Positions 1 to 16,428 of a stretch of DNA of 37,018 nucleotides are shown here, in pieces. The notes below the pieces were generated by a model, which saw only the letters and a list, made by a program, of their open reading frames with translations, had not been told where the DNA came from and did no database searches. How positions within the stretch are numbered: the stretch's first letter is position 1; each line of letters opens with the position of its first letter. Source of the DNA: Nemertoderma westbladi. Taxonomy: Eukaryota > Animalia > Xenacoelomorpha. The stretch spans positions 1 to 37,018 of the forward strand of contig JAUCBJ010004915.1 of the NCBI GenBank assembly GCA_032718475.1, in the 5' to 3' direction. The position numbers and the translations under genes were made by a program.

Positions 1-1379
1 TATACCGGATCCCTTATCCCAAGGCAGTTCCATATATATTCAAGTAATATATCTTCCTACAATAATTTATAGATATAAGATATATAGATTTACAAATTAT
101 TGCATTAAACTATATTGCTACATGATAAAATTAAACCCCCCTCCCTAAGTTCTGAGATTGTGGTCACTTCTTTGAGAAGAAGCTCTTTGCAACGCCCTTG
201 CGCCTGCTGCATGTCCTCGCAATCTTACCGTGGTTGGTGGAAGAATCCCCCTTCCCAAAACTGGAAGTCATCATGCAGATTCGGATGCCCTCCTGGCCAT
301 ACACTCTATCTGAATCCTGGCCACCGACGCCGCAGCGTGTATAATCCTAACTGACAGCTCGTCGTCATCATCATCAGACCCTGCGAATTGTGCGACCCTT
401 CTTCTCCCTTTAGGTCTATCCGCTGTAATCAACGTAAAGGTATAAGCCTCTACAGCTGTGTCGATAGCGCAGTCGAAGGTTCTTCAACCCCCTGTGGCAG
501 AAGAAATCCCGAGGATGCCTCCAACAGTCTCCCTAATCCTCTCGGCCATAGCTCGTGGTCATGTTTCTGGCACCACCAACTCTCTATAGTCCCTTTCTGA
601 TGTGGGTTAGTTGGGAACAGATCTCCCCTCCACTACGTTCAGACTGTGTTTGATACTTTGTCCCATTGATCATGGATGCCACTACCAACTGTTTCCTCAT
701 TGCAACCTTTTTCCCTTTGTCGTCACTCGCTCTCTCAAGTTTAGGTCACTGAACTGGCCTCTCCGATGCAGCCTCTATATCATGATCACTGATATTTTCT
801 TGTGTTTCAACCATTCGTTGTGTATGTCGACCGAAGCGGTCCTGTATGCTCCAGCAGTCTGATCCAACTGTTGGATTTCTTCCCAAGTCTTCCAGGAATA
901 GTTGGCATGCGGGACCTCATCAGACTCATCTCCTCCCAAACAATTGAAGAGCTCCTCATACTCGTCACTAGACAACATGACTGCAGGGATTCCTGGAAGA
1001 GTCCGCACAAATGCTCCATTTGTAAACAGTAACACTAGTATCACTGGGTTCCGCTACAGTGGATGATTCATCAGCACGATAGTTCAGACGCAGTCTGAAC
1101 TAAAATGCAACTCCTCAATAGCCGTATATTCCATACACGGTCAGGTGTATAAATCTCCAACATGCTTATATATACAGAATCCTAGTTTGGCTATGTAAGT
1201 ATAAGATTCACACAAGTTATAAATAGGTTATAGCATACGACTACACAACTCAGTGTTAATAATTTCACAAATATAACGGGTATGAGATGATCCCACTACA
1301 ATTGGATGCCTCTTTATAGTACGAGAGGATGTATAAATTACTAAGCTGGTTACTTACTGTTAGTGCCTCAACCGTAATA

Positions 1380-4940
<3,561 letters not shown>

Positions 4941-4952
4941 TACTACGTTATT

Positions 4953-5326
4953 AAGTGTGATCAGCCATATAATCTGATTTGCTATCCGATTTTGCAGGAA
5001 TGGATAATGCAAATGATTGCAGACCTATGCCATTTGCTGAGACGATACAATTAATGTTATTCGCACATGACCAATGTTTCTATAGAGAGTACAATACTGA
5101 ACATTGAACAATACTGAACGAATTGGTAACATTGCTAATTTGTTATTCAACTGGGACTTTAAGTGCCACAATGAGAAGAAATACCAGCGTTTATGGTGAT
5201 AAGGACTCTCCTTTGCGTAGTGAGTTCCAATCAGATCTCAAGAGTAAATTTTACTCTTTTACTCATTTGCATTATCCATTCCTGCAAAATCGGATAGCAA
5301 ATCAGATTATATGGCTGATCACACTT
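4953..5326. mobile_element. MITE with ~64-bp TIRs
   Basis: AAGTGTGATCAGCCATATAATCTGATTTGCTATCCGATTTTGCAGGAATGGATAATGCAAATGA (4953-5016) is the reverse complement of 5263-5326. No clean TSD. Confidence 0.8.
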
Positions 5327-5728
5327 TCACGTAATTACGGTTTAGGATGATGGCATTGCGCACTCTCTCAGACGACATTCTAGCGTTGATATCATTGGCT
5401 AGTCGCATTCCTTTAGAGGCTAGAAACTCATTTACTCAACACTGGGTTTTATTCCTTTATTTTTTACGGGTTTTATTACGGTTTAGGTCTCCAATTGGTT
5501 CGAGTCCTAATAAATACATGGGTTCTCCCGTTAGCTGCACGAATTCGTATAATCTTTGATGTCAAACTCCTCTGGTGACTACCTCCCCCATTATCGTAGA
5601 ACATCAAACGGTGATTCTCCAAAGAAGTCTCAGTTTCTTCCCAAGCTTCTAAGATGTCTGGACTGGGTTTCCAGCTATTCTTGATCCTTATCAGACCACA
5701 GCCTATTTTGACCACAGACCACAGCACA

Positions 5729-6089
5729 GAAGTCAGGTGAGGACCTTCGAATACATAAGGGAAAGGCATGGGCAGCCTTGAATAGGCTTTCCAGGATTTG
5801 GAAGTCACCGAGAATTAATCGGAAACTTAAGGTCCGATTATTTAGAGCAGCAGTAGTTCCAGTACTCCTCTATGGGAGTCCATGCTGGGCTCTAACTGCT
5901 GAGGACACCAAATCTCTGGATGGCACATTCACAAGAATGCTACGCCGGGTTCATTGTGTCAAGTACAATGCACACATCTCCAACCAGACACTATAAAACA
6001 TTGGAGGTGTCTCATTGGTCCCCCCAAGTTTGACACTAGAACGAAATTGCCTCCGCTTTGCAGGAAATTGCTTTCGCCGTGAGGATCAG
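5729..6089 (+). mobile_element. RTE-clade LINE fragment (RT C-terminal region), truncated at both ends
   Basis: Near-identical to part of the RTE copies at 22342-23636 and 32851-33716 (LNRLSRIWKSPRINRKLKVRLFRAAVVPVLLYG). Premature stop at 5994-5996. Confidence 0.9.
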
Positions 6090-6309
6090 GTTTCGTCGTG
6101 AACCCTCGAACGTTTATTGGGGTATTAACATAGATAATATAATATAGATTAATAGGTTAATATAGAATAACAAATTAATATTTCGATGAATTTATTGTTA
6201 ATTTGTTGGGTTGACCCCCTTTTTTTATATATTGACTCGCCTAATAGATAATACATCCGCAATCATAAATTTAAAAATGAAATAATCGTATGTAATCATT
6301 ATTGTTTAC

Positions 6310-6563
6310 CTTGGCACCTATTAATCTTTTCCTCCATTCGTAATCCCATCTGTTATAAATTAATACGAAAGATATAAACTCTTCACTGCCGAGATCTACC
6401 CACCACCAATTAGGAGTGGTGAAACCAGAATGATATCCTCCACAAGCTGGAAATTCTGGCCAATAATAATCGGTGATAGCATCAACTGCCAAGTCCGAGG
6501 TACAATCCACATAGGATGATTTACTACCTGTCGGATTGTTTACAATATCCAGCTCTCTCAAAT
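6310..6563 (-). CDS. Host gene exon: N-terminal half of an F-type lectin (fucolectin/FTP, F5/8C-like) domain
   Basis: Acceptor TAG at 6566-6564, donor AAG|GTAAAC at 6309. Translates (D)LRELDIVNNPTGSKSSYVDCTSDLAVDAITDYYWPEFPACGGYHSGFTTPNWWWVDLGSEEFISFVLIYNRWDYEWRKRLIGAK, containing LAVD, WWxVDLG and H-x26-R-x-D-x4-K. Phase 1 start, phase 0 end. Confidence 0.85.
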
Positions 6564-7879
6564 CTATAATAAAAATATTTTTGATAATTAAATGAAATGG
6601 TATTGATAAATTATTAAAGAATGACAAAATAGTATGGCTTTTAACCAACCCTTTTTGGCAGAGCTAAGAAATCTCCCTATTCCGCATAATTCGGCAGGGG
6701 CGAAGAAATTTCAGAAAGGCACGAAAGAAAGGAATGTCTCCAGGCTCAAACAGACTACGGTAGCCAAGAATGCCGTTAAGACGGGAGTACCCCCCCCCCC
6801 CCCCCCCCCTATCAGTCAAATGTAAGATAAACAGACAGACAGACTAGATTCCACTAAACCTTAAAACTGACATCGGAAATGAAATCAGGGACCCCGAAAA
6901 ACCCAATAATGAAAGTTTTAGTTCGATGATGGGCTTCTTTCGTATCAGAAATGATTAAACAATAGCCAGTTTTGACGGGATGACGGTTTAAACCCGGGGG
7001 GTGGGGGGGGGGGGGGGGGTAGTGTGAAGATAATTTATTTTTAAGGGAAGCACTATTTTTCTGATGCCAAATCTGTCTAAACCAACTTTGCAAAAAAAAA
7101 ATTTTGATTTCGAAAAATTCTAAGCGGGCCTCACGACACTTTAAAATTTCAAATTTTTGGGAAGGCAATGCCAGTTTTGAAAATCCCAGACATTTTGAAT
7201 TTTTGATAAAAGCTAAGGAAGATGCAAATATTTAATGTCAAATAGGTTGGAAACAAATACAAAATGTGATATTTTCATTTTCATATAAACCTACCCCAGC
7301 CTCATGGCCTTTAAAAGTTCGCAAAATTTGCCAAATTTCACCCTTAAAATTCAGCAAACCTACTTCGTAGTCTCTATAGTTGAAATCGATTTTCTGTGGT
7401 TTGGAGTTCTTCCTGAGTGAAAACCAAGTCCCCTGATTTGATCACAACTATATTTAAATACTAGAAACCCAGCTAGCTGGCTGTGAATTTGCCTCTGGAT
7501 TAAATTCTCAATAATTATAAACAGTAGGTATAGGAAGATGGATAATTCTAAATTAGGAAAACAGTAGTAAAACAGTAAAACACTAGAAAAACATATGAAA
7601 AACTGTGTAATACACCCAGAAAAAGTAAAAATATTGATCAACAGGAAATTAAATACATGTATTACACTGAACTGGTAATCTTAAATGTACTCCTCGCATA
7701 GCACACCATTAAGTAATCTACGTAAAACATAGGGACAACTATAAACTGTCCAGAAAACAGTGAAAAAATTATTGGCATTAAATAGCATTAAATTTTACCT
7801 AATATGCTGCTAAAAAATAAATTGAAAGTGTCTAATACTCCACAGAAACCATTGTTGCCAGGCAACCAAGTAACAGTAA

Positions 7880-8325
7880 CAAATCAGCATGCATTTCAGC
7901 AACATCTTGTTTTACTGGTCAGCCTGTAGAAGCACATTAATGGTGGATTCTGGTATTAGTGTATTCCAGTATTCAAGTATTGTAGTGTTGGATCTTGTCA
8001 TCTGCTAAATATTGAACAGTTAAAGTGCAGATGTTGTGGTATTTAATATTAAGACAACAAGAGGGTCACATTTAGGTCCTGTCTATAGAGATACTGTAGT
8101 GAAGTGGCATGCTAGCAGCGCGGATGCAAGATCTAGAACCCATCACACATGATTTTCTAGTCAGTTCGGTTTTCTGGTATTAATGATATCCTTAATACTA
8201 AATACCGCAACTTCTGCACTTCAACTGTACTGGAATGCACTACTGTATGTAATACCAGAATACAGCAACACTGGTACTACTAGCTGACGAGTAAAACAAG
8301 GATAGTGCTGAACTGCATGCTGATT
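7880..8325. repeat. Old degenerate foldback / palindromic MITE
   Basis: 7882-7923 is an imperfect inverted copy of 8283-8325, and ~8016-8054 of ~8190-8228. Confidence 0.55.
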
Positions 8326-8382
8326 GATTTCTTCTTTCACCTAGTATTATCAGCAACATATCAAGCAAACAGTTGAGGCGAC

Positions 8383-8765
8383 ATTATGACCCCTCCCCCG
8401 TGGTGTTTTTGTTACAACTATGAAACAAACGGAGTTGTGAATCTCAAATTTTACGACTTTTTCTAAAAATCTATTGTCTTCCTAATAGTGATTTACGGTT
8501 TTCAAAAATATTGGGAAGATTAAGAGATATAGCACCATTTTTTAACCCTTCTTTTGGCACTTTTTTTTAGGCCTTTTTTGAAAATTTCATTTCATGAAAT
8601 CTGATTTGTAATATCTCTATTTTTGATTTACACCGGTTTTTTTGGTGTGTGGAATTAGATGGAATTCATATAAATAAATTTAGAAATTTCGAACTGGTTT
8701 TTTTTTCAGCGGGTGCCAATTTTGGTGCCATCACCAAATTTAGAAATATGTCAATTTTGTAAATT
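8383..8765 (+). mobile_element. Diverged 5' fragment of the piggyBac-like MITE family, cut off by the BEL LTR
   Basis: Aligns by eye with ~28643-29020 and ~36560-36936 (e.g. GACTTTT.CTAAAAATCTATTGTCTTC). Stops exactly at LTR end TGTGAC (8766). Confidence 0.8.
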
Positions 8766-10987
8766 TGTGACGGGATCCGAGAATCCCGACCGGTTGTTTT
8801 ATTTACGCGTCCCCGCCGTGTGTGAAAAGAGTTTGTTGTTGGATTGAGAGTTCTAATATTGTTGACTGATATGTATAAGTATAACAGAATAAAGGATGAA
8901 CACAGTTAATAGATTTAAGTGAATGAAAATACCGGTAAAGCAGTGGGTGATGGTGGCAGCAATGGACGGTAATAAAAGTCACCGTTCTGCCCTAACTGTA
9001 CTGAGATAACTGAATGATATGAGAAACATCAATTGGTTATATTGCACTGTTAGCCTTGCTACCCAGATGATGCCTCTCCTATCCCCCCATTGGCTGATAA
9101 CCTAATTCTCGCCTTTGCTATTGCGGGAGTTGTTGTTACTTTCCTTCCCCCCGGAGGCTTGACCTCTAACCCCCATTGTGTGCGGCCCTTTGGGGTTTGT
9201 TGTCCCCGTTTATTTGGGGTGATACGAGGTTGGTTGGTAATCAACCTCGTACTCCCCAATATTGCTTAAAGGCACCGCTTTCCCAACTTTATGGGGTGGT
9301 TAGCGGAATTGATTCACTAACACTCCCCCCCATGCTATCTTCCCGGTGAGAAGATAGCATCCACCTCTAGTGCGATACAATTCCGCTGGATCCCGATTTA
9401 CTATCGGGTGTGGGGTGGAGTTATTTTCTTCGGAGCCGGCTTTCCAGGCTGCTCCCTCTGGGTACGATATTTGTTACCTTCTCTTGGTGCAACTTCGGCT
9501 ATGTTGCACCAAGACATCTGGTGTCTCAGTGTCGGGCCGATTGTGCGTTCCCCTCACACAACTTTTGTTTCCCCAACACTCTCTCCACTCTAACTCCACT
9601 CTAAGCCTTACTCCAACTTCTCAACCGCTCTAACTCTTACTCCTCCCCCCCACGCTTGAATTGCACTCCTCTCACTGTCCCTCATCCTATCAAAAACCTC
9701 CTTTCCATTCTCCCCCCCGATTGCCATTCTCGCTTTCGTCCCTCACACACTTATCCGGCCCCACACATGAGCGCTCATGTTAGTTGGAGCCGTCCAAGTC
9801 CCGTCCTGTCGCCCTAGTCAATTAATCCCCAGTCCCAGTAGCTAATTGGAAAAAGGTTGTGCTTGACTACGGTACATACTTTATAATATATATGCGAATT
9901 ACTTATATAATTATTATAAGACTATTATTATCATATATTATATTATATGCTCATCTACATAACGCGCTTCATTCTCTCTCGGCCTTTCTCGCCCGGCGAC
10001 TTCTTCCAGTCGCTTCTCCTCAAATCTATCCGCTTCCAACTTCTCCCACGTGATATGTGTATCCACCTCCCTGTCTACTAGATGCCGGCTGTTGTATTAC
10101 ACCGCCTCGCCCTTCAGCCCCAGGTGGTCTACCAGTCCTTCGAAGGCCACCTTGAAGGCTCTTCTGTAGTTCGGAGGTGATCCTAATATTCTTAATTTTT
10201 TGTTTTAATTTTGTTTTATCTCTATTTTGCCCCTGTTCTGTGCTATTACCCCATCTACTTTTCCGGCTACTACTTCTACGGTATATTGTGCTTTCTAGTC
10301 TCTTACTGCTAACTCTACTAACTCCACTAGCTCTATTTCTACTAACTCTTACTATATACTATATCTTATACATATCCTCCTACCACTAATTCTTACTACT
10401 AATGGTACTATACATACCCTCTTACTAACTTCTCTACTAACTCCTACTACCGGTACTACGTACCCTCTTACCAACTTCTTCTACAACTAACTCTTACTAA
10501 CCGGTACTACGTACCCTCTTACTAACTTCTAACTCCACCAACTCTTACTAACTGGTACTACGTACCCTCTTATTAACTTCTAACTCCACTAACTCTTACT
10601 AACCGGTACTACGTACCCTCTTACTAACTTCTAACTCCACGAACTCTTACTAACCGGTACTATGTACTCTCTTACTACCTTCTAACTCCACTAACTCTTA
10701 CTAACTGGTACTACGTACCCTCTTACTAACTTCTAACTCTCCCAACTAATGGTACTACGTACCCTCTTACTACTAACTAACTCTCCCAACTAATGGTACT
10801 ACGTACCCTCTTACTACTAACTAACTCTCCCAACTAACGGTACTACGTACCCTCTTACTACTAACTCTTACTAACTTCTATCTGCCTACTTACTCACTAC
10901 GTACCTACTACGTACTATTACTGTCTCTTTCTTTATTTATTTATATTTTTTTTTATATTTATGTGTGGGAAGGGCATCTCGCCCTCA
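8766..10987 (-). mobile_element. 3' LTR of BEL/Pao element (~2.2 kb)
   Basis: On the minus strand it begins TGAGGGCG immediately after a polypurine tract and ends ...GATCCCGTCACA (TG...CA), with AATAAA near the end. Homologous, inverted, to 24537-26012. Confidence 0.75.
10395..10880. repeat. Minisatellite inside the LTR (~51-bp units, shorter ~39-42-bp units distally)
   Basis: Repeated GGTACTACGTACCCTCTTACTAACTTCTAACTCCACTAACTCTTACTAA, with units starting ~10501, 10552, 10603, 10654, 10705. Confidence 0.9.
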
Positions 10988-10988
10988 A

Positions 10989-11001
10989 TCCTACCCCCCT
11001 C
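10989..11001 (-). promoter_or_regulatory. Polypurine tract (PPT) of BEL element
   Basis: GAGGGGGGTAGGA between the pol stop (11027) and the LTR start. Confidence 0.75.
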
Positions 11002-11026
11002 AGTCCAAAACTTGGACGACTAAACA

Positions 11027-14000
11027 CTACAGTGCGCCCTCTAGAAGGCAGGACTTCCCTACAGCCCTCCTGTAGGTCTTCCTATCTTTCGCTCCTATCT
11101 TACCACCTATCCGCAATTCTACCGATCGGACTCTTCCATCCTCATCGGAGTAAGTGCCCACAACTCTCGCCAATTGCCATTGGTTGTTGATGATGGTATC
11201 GTCCGTGACGATCACCAGATCACCCTCCTTTAACTCCCTATTTGTATTCCTCCACTTGCTTCTCCTATGAAGTGTGGGTAGATATTCCTCGACCCACCTC
11301 CTCCAGTACTCCGCGCTTATCGCCTTAGCGACTTTCCAACTCTGTCGGGAGTGTATATCGTCTGGGTCTACAACCCCCCATGTCGATGGTCACCGGCCTT
11401 TCCATTAGAAAGTGACTGGGCGTCAGCACATCTAATGACTCTGGGTCATCATTTTCTGGATATAGCGGTCTGCTATTAATGATACCCTCGCACTTCGCTA
11501 GTACTGTCCTTAGGACATCTTCTGTTACCATGTGGGTGTTCATCAACTTCGTCATCAGACGCTTGGAACTACCCACGAGTCTCTCGACGCATCCTAGAGT
11601 ATGCGGAGCATACGGCGTCCTCCTCTCCCACTTCACCTGTCGTCTTCTCATGGCTGGCCTGACTTCCTCGCCTTCCATGATGTCTAAGGCATCTGCCAGC
11701 TCGTTCTCTGCCCCCACAAAGTTGGTTCGATTGTCGGAGTATATTACTGCGATCGTCCCACCTTTGCGGTCTCTGAACCTCTCTAGGGCATTGATGAATG
11801 CCGACGCGGTTGCGTCTTGGGCGAGTTCTGTCCCTACCGCCCGCGTGTTGTTACATACGAAGATAATGCCGTAGCGCTTCTCCGTGTGCCGCATCACCTT
11901 AATCTTTATCGGCCCGAACATATCCACACTGCAGTGCGTGAATGGCGGGTCGTGCTGTCTCACCCTACTGGCCGGTAGTGGTGCCATCTCCTGTATGGCT
12001 CGCTCCTTCTTCGTTCGTCGGCAGGTCTGGCACTGCCCCACTACCGCCTTTACCTTCTTTCTTAACTGTTTGACCCAAAAGGTCCTTAGTATCTCCATGA
12101 GGATTCGGTTGGTGCCCCCGTGCAATATCGACTTGTGGGAGTCCCAGATGATCTGGTGGACTATCGGCGATCCATTAGGGATGATGATGGGCTTTGGTGG
12201 AATGATGATACTGTTGTTGTTCAACACCCTAGAGTTCATTACTAAGATTCCATCATCATTGAGTTACGGCGATAGCGCGATCAGCTCACTGTCCCGTCGG
12301 AGATGCTGTTGTTTACCGACGTGTTTACTGCCATAATTCTTTCTCTGCTCGTAGTGGATGACGGCCTTGGCCTCTCCCTTCAGATCGACGGTAGTTTTAA
12401 TTTTTACGTCTTTGCCAACTCCCTTGAGGAAATTCCCGAAGGCTCTCCAGTACGCCACTAACTTCTTGGTCTTGTACCGACTTGAGCTGTAGCTAAGGAG
12501 TTTGTCCGTCGGGTTATTGCACAGTTCTTCCGGTTTTGGTTGCACGTCCCTTATCTCCCTCACCATCTGGCTATATATCTCTTCACCCTCTGAATCTCCT
12601 CCCTCTTCCCCTAATGCTACTTCCCCTGAGCCCGGATCCACCTTTCTCATCGGCGGCCAGGCTGTCTTGTCGTTCAGGAATTGTGGCCCGTGCTGCCACA
12701 GTACTTCCTTCTTGAAGAAAGTGTGGCGTGCCACGCCCCTCGATAACAAGTCCGCTGGGTTCTCGTCCGTTGGGCAGTAGTGCCACCTTTCTAACTCTGT
12801 CGTTGCCCTTATTTCGTCCACCCTGTTTGCGATGAATATAGGGTACCTCGTCCTTTCGTTATGTAGCCAACCAAGCACTACCATGGAGTCCGTCCAGTAG
12901 TGTGTTTCCACTATGCTGGGAATAGCGTCCATCAAGTAGGCTGTGGCCCTAACTCCTAACCTCGCAGCTGTCAACTCGAGTTTCGGAACCGATGCTGAAT
13001 CTGGCGGCATTGACTTCGCTTTGCTGAATGCGAGTCTGGGCTTGTGAGCCCCCTCTCGTTGTACTAAGTAGAGTGCCACTCCGTATGCCTCTAATGACGC
13101 ATCGGAGAACATATGTAGATCCAGATTCGTCATGTCCCTATCCGGGAAATACACGCGTGGCATGCTGTATGTTCCCATCTGCTCTAAACTCTCTGTCCAC
13201 TTGCACCACTGCTTGCTGATCTCTTTCGGTACCTCTGTGTCCCACTCATCCTTTAGCTTGTATACCTTCTTAAGTATTTGCTTCCCCGTGACTAGTAATG
13301 GGGATGCTAGGCCTAAGGGATCGTATATCCTTGCTATGTACGATACATAGCCCCTCTTTGTGTGGATGTCCGCCCCCTCCTGGCTTAACTGGTACTTCAA
13401 CTCGTCTGTCTCTCGGTTCCACACGATCCCTAATGCCTTCTGTTGGGATTCTACCCTTTTGTTCGCCATGTCCTGTCCCTTGGCTGTCGTGGGATTATCC
13501 ATGGTCGACTCTGGCCTCATGTCCTCTATGGCTTTCATGAACTCTTGCGAGCTGGATTGGAACTTGGTTAGGTTAAACCCGGATCCTTTTAGGATGTCGC
13601 GAACCTCGCGCCCCATATCCAGTAGTTCCTTAACCGTATTTCCAGACTCCATCCCGTCGTCTACATAGAAGCCGCGTTGAATCATATCGACGGCTTTGGC
13701 ACTATATTTATCCTCCTTCCCTTCTACCGTGTCTCTCACGGCCACAGTCATCGTCAAAGAGGACAACTTGGCTCCCATATTCTGTACTACCATCTTGTAC
13801 ATCGGTATTGTCGACGGTTCCTCGTCGCCGTTGTACCATAGGAAGCGCTGACTGTCACTATCCTCTTCCGTTACACAGACTTGGTTGAACATGCCTTCGA
13901 TGTCGCAGGTGAAGGCGTGCTTCCCGTTCCTGAATCTAAGTAGGACCTCGATCCCTGAGTTATAGATATTGGGACCCTCCAGCAGATAATTGTTTAGGCA

Positions 14001-15205
14001 TTTGCTGTTGGTCTTAGCCGATGCGTCAACTACCATCCGCAGTTTACCTTTCTTTGGGTCTAGAGCCACGTGAAGTGGCAGGTAGTAGGTCCTGTCTGTG
14101 TTCGGTTCGGCCGGTAGCTCCGCGGCCCATCCTTTCTCGACATACTTGCTAATCGTCTTATGGATGTACTCATTCTTTTTGGGGCTCTGTTTTAGCATTT
14201 GCTTCAACTTGCGAAGCCTCATGAGTACCATTCCTTTGTTGTCGGGTAACAGTAGTTTTGGTAGTTTCCATACCATCCCTATGGTATACCGCCCTTCGTC
14301 GCATCTCATCGATTCCTTTACGCTTTGTAAAGCCTGCTTGTCTTCTACCGAGGTTCCGACCCCGGTCTCTTTCAATCCCTCAAAATCCTGTCTAAGCAGC
14401 CTCCTGAGCTGCTCCTCCGCTCCTTTGTCTTCCATCTCCCGCATAGTTCCCGCGAACATGCATCCTGATGTCTCCGACATCCTAAACGGTACCTTGGTTT
14501 TAGATGGTGTTAGAATCACCACCGGGTCACACTGCCTGTCTTCGCCGAAGACCATCTGCATTCTCTCGTGGGCCATCGGGCAGTCCATTCCTACTAAAAT
14601 GGATACCTTCCTTACGTCCACATCTGGTATTGAGAAGTCGATGCTGTCCAGGAATTTATATTGTTCGACCTGGTTGTTGGTTGGTCGCCTGGCGTTGATA
14701 TTTATCGACTCTATCACCTGGATGGGGTCGATGGTCGCCCCATAGTCGCATCCCGGTGCAATCGCTGCTATCCCACACCATCCAGTCCTCATCTCCAGGA
14801 CCTCATCTTTGCTGGAGATGGTTGTTACCGCCATTCTACTTGGCCTTGTCCTCAATCCTATCTCTTCAGCCACCCAATTCTCAACCAACGTGAAGGCTGC
14901 TCCACTGTCGACCAGCATCAGCGTGGTTACTGATCGATTGCCTTCCCCAATCACCCGCACTGGTACTACCCCGAGTAGTACCGTTCCTCTCTTCTTTGCC
15001 CCTACGGTTTTCGTTGCCATCATCTGCCCTTTGCCTTGACCGAACTTAATTGGCGTTTCTTTGCATTGGTCGGCTCTATGTCCACCCGTCACACACCGTG
15101 AACAGACTTCGTTCCTCCTCGCGTATTCTGTCTGATCTTCTCTGGGTAGTGCTTGCCAATATCTGCAGTTCATTGTCTGATGAAGTGCGTTCGTGTGCAA
15201 TTGGC
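11027..15205 (-). pseudogene. pol: BEL/Pao gag C-terminus + pol (protease, RT, RNase H, integrase); one premature stop and one frameshift
   Basis: Zn knuckle CSRCVTGGHRADQC; protease LVDSGA; RT YYLPLH, KLRMVVDAS, DIEGMFNQV, FYVDD; YDPLGL; RNase H LHMFSDAS, VPKLEL, WTDS, NPADLLSRG; integrase HGG, CQTC, VDMFGP, SDNRTNF, VERLV. In-frame stop at 12264-66; frameshift near 11375. Confidence 0.95.
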
Positions 15206-15279
15206 TATGGCATCATTTTTGTATTTTAATTCGATATAATTTTATGACGGTCGATAAAGCTACCAACATCGACCGTCAC

Positions 15280-15940
15280 TAATTAAATACTGTAAATTAT
15301 CGACCGTCGTAATTAAATGCTGATAATTATCTTGCGTCGTAATTAAATGCTGATAATTATCGTGCGTCGTAATTAAATACTGGAACCAGATCGACTGTCG
15401 TTATTAATGTTGACATTATCGACCGTCGTAATTAAATACTGGAACCAGATCGACCGTCGTAATTAATGTTGACATTATCGACCGTCGTAATTAAATACTG
15501 GAACCAGATCGACCGTCGTTATTAATGTTGACATTATCGACCGTCGTAATTAAATAATGGAACCAGATCGACCGTCGTTATTAATGTTGACATTATCGAC
15601 CGTCGTAATTAAATACTGGAACCAGATCGACCGTCGTTATTAATGTTGACATTATCGACCGTCGTAATTAAGTACTGGAACCAGATCGACCGTCGTTATT
15701 AATGTTGACATTATCGACCGTCGTAATTAAATACTGGAACCAGATCGACCGTCGTTAATAATGTTGACATTATCGACCGTCGTAATTAAATACTGGAACC
15801 AGATCGACCGTCGTTATTAATGTTGACATTATCGACCACCGTAATTAAATACTGGAACCAGATCGACCGTCGTTATTAATGTTGACATTATCGACCGTCG
15901 TAATTAAATACTGGAACCAGATCGACCGTCGTAATTAATA
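15280..15940 (+). repeat. 59-bp tandem array in left TIR (dimer of ~30-bp subunits with ATCGACCGTCGT core)
   Basis: Unit AATTAAATACTGGAACCAGATCGACCGTCGTTATTAATGTTGACATTATCGACCGTCGT, starting at 15371, 15430 and so on. Confidence 0.95.
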
Positions 15941-16428
15941 GCTGTTGTTGTTGCTATGATACCATGAATAGGCGGGATATTTGATTATGTCCTGCAATAG
16001 GCCTAGATTTGGGTACTGCAGCTGTACTTTACCGTACCCGTGCTGCAGTGGTAATTAATATATTTAATTTCCGCACTGCCGTATGCCTTAATGCCTTCCT
16101 ATGTTTTGTATTTATCAGTTTACTAACAGTAATTAATCAACTGGGTAAACTTACTGTTAAAAGTTCCAACTACAGTAATTTCGATGCAGTAACACAATTG
16201 CAGATTTGTTCCATGTCGAATGTTTGTTTTGACTGTTGAGTTAATTCGATAAAAATATAAATTATTATTAAACATTATTATTTGTAGTTATTTATAGTAT
16301 TTATGCATTATTTGAAGTTTATTCAGTAATACAGTTTGTTTGCTATAGAGGCTAGTGCACTTTATGTACTGTACTACTGCCCTGCCCTGAATATAGGCAT
16401 ATAGCTGTATAGGGGTAGACCTGGTATT

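Noticed and set aside
6634-7430. Repeat-like segment with short (GACA)n and C/G homopolymers, possibly Helentron/DINE-like
   Set aside because: Could not define termini or a TSD from this window.
11479-15039. Plus-strand ORFs overlapping pol; also 16467-17096 minus
   Set aside because: Antisense shadows of real coding frames.
15280-15940. CRISPR-like appearance of the 59-bp arrays
   Set aside because: No unique spacers and no cas genes; eukaryotic context; mirrored inside TIRs.
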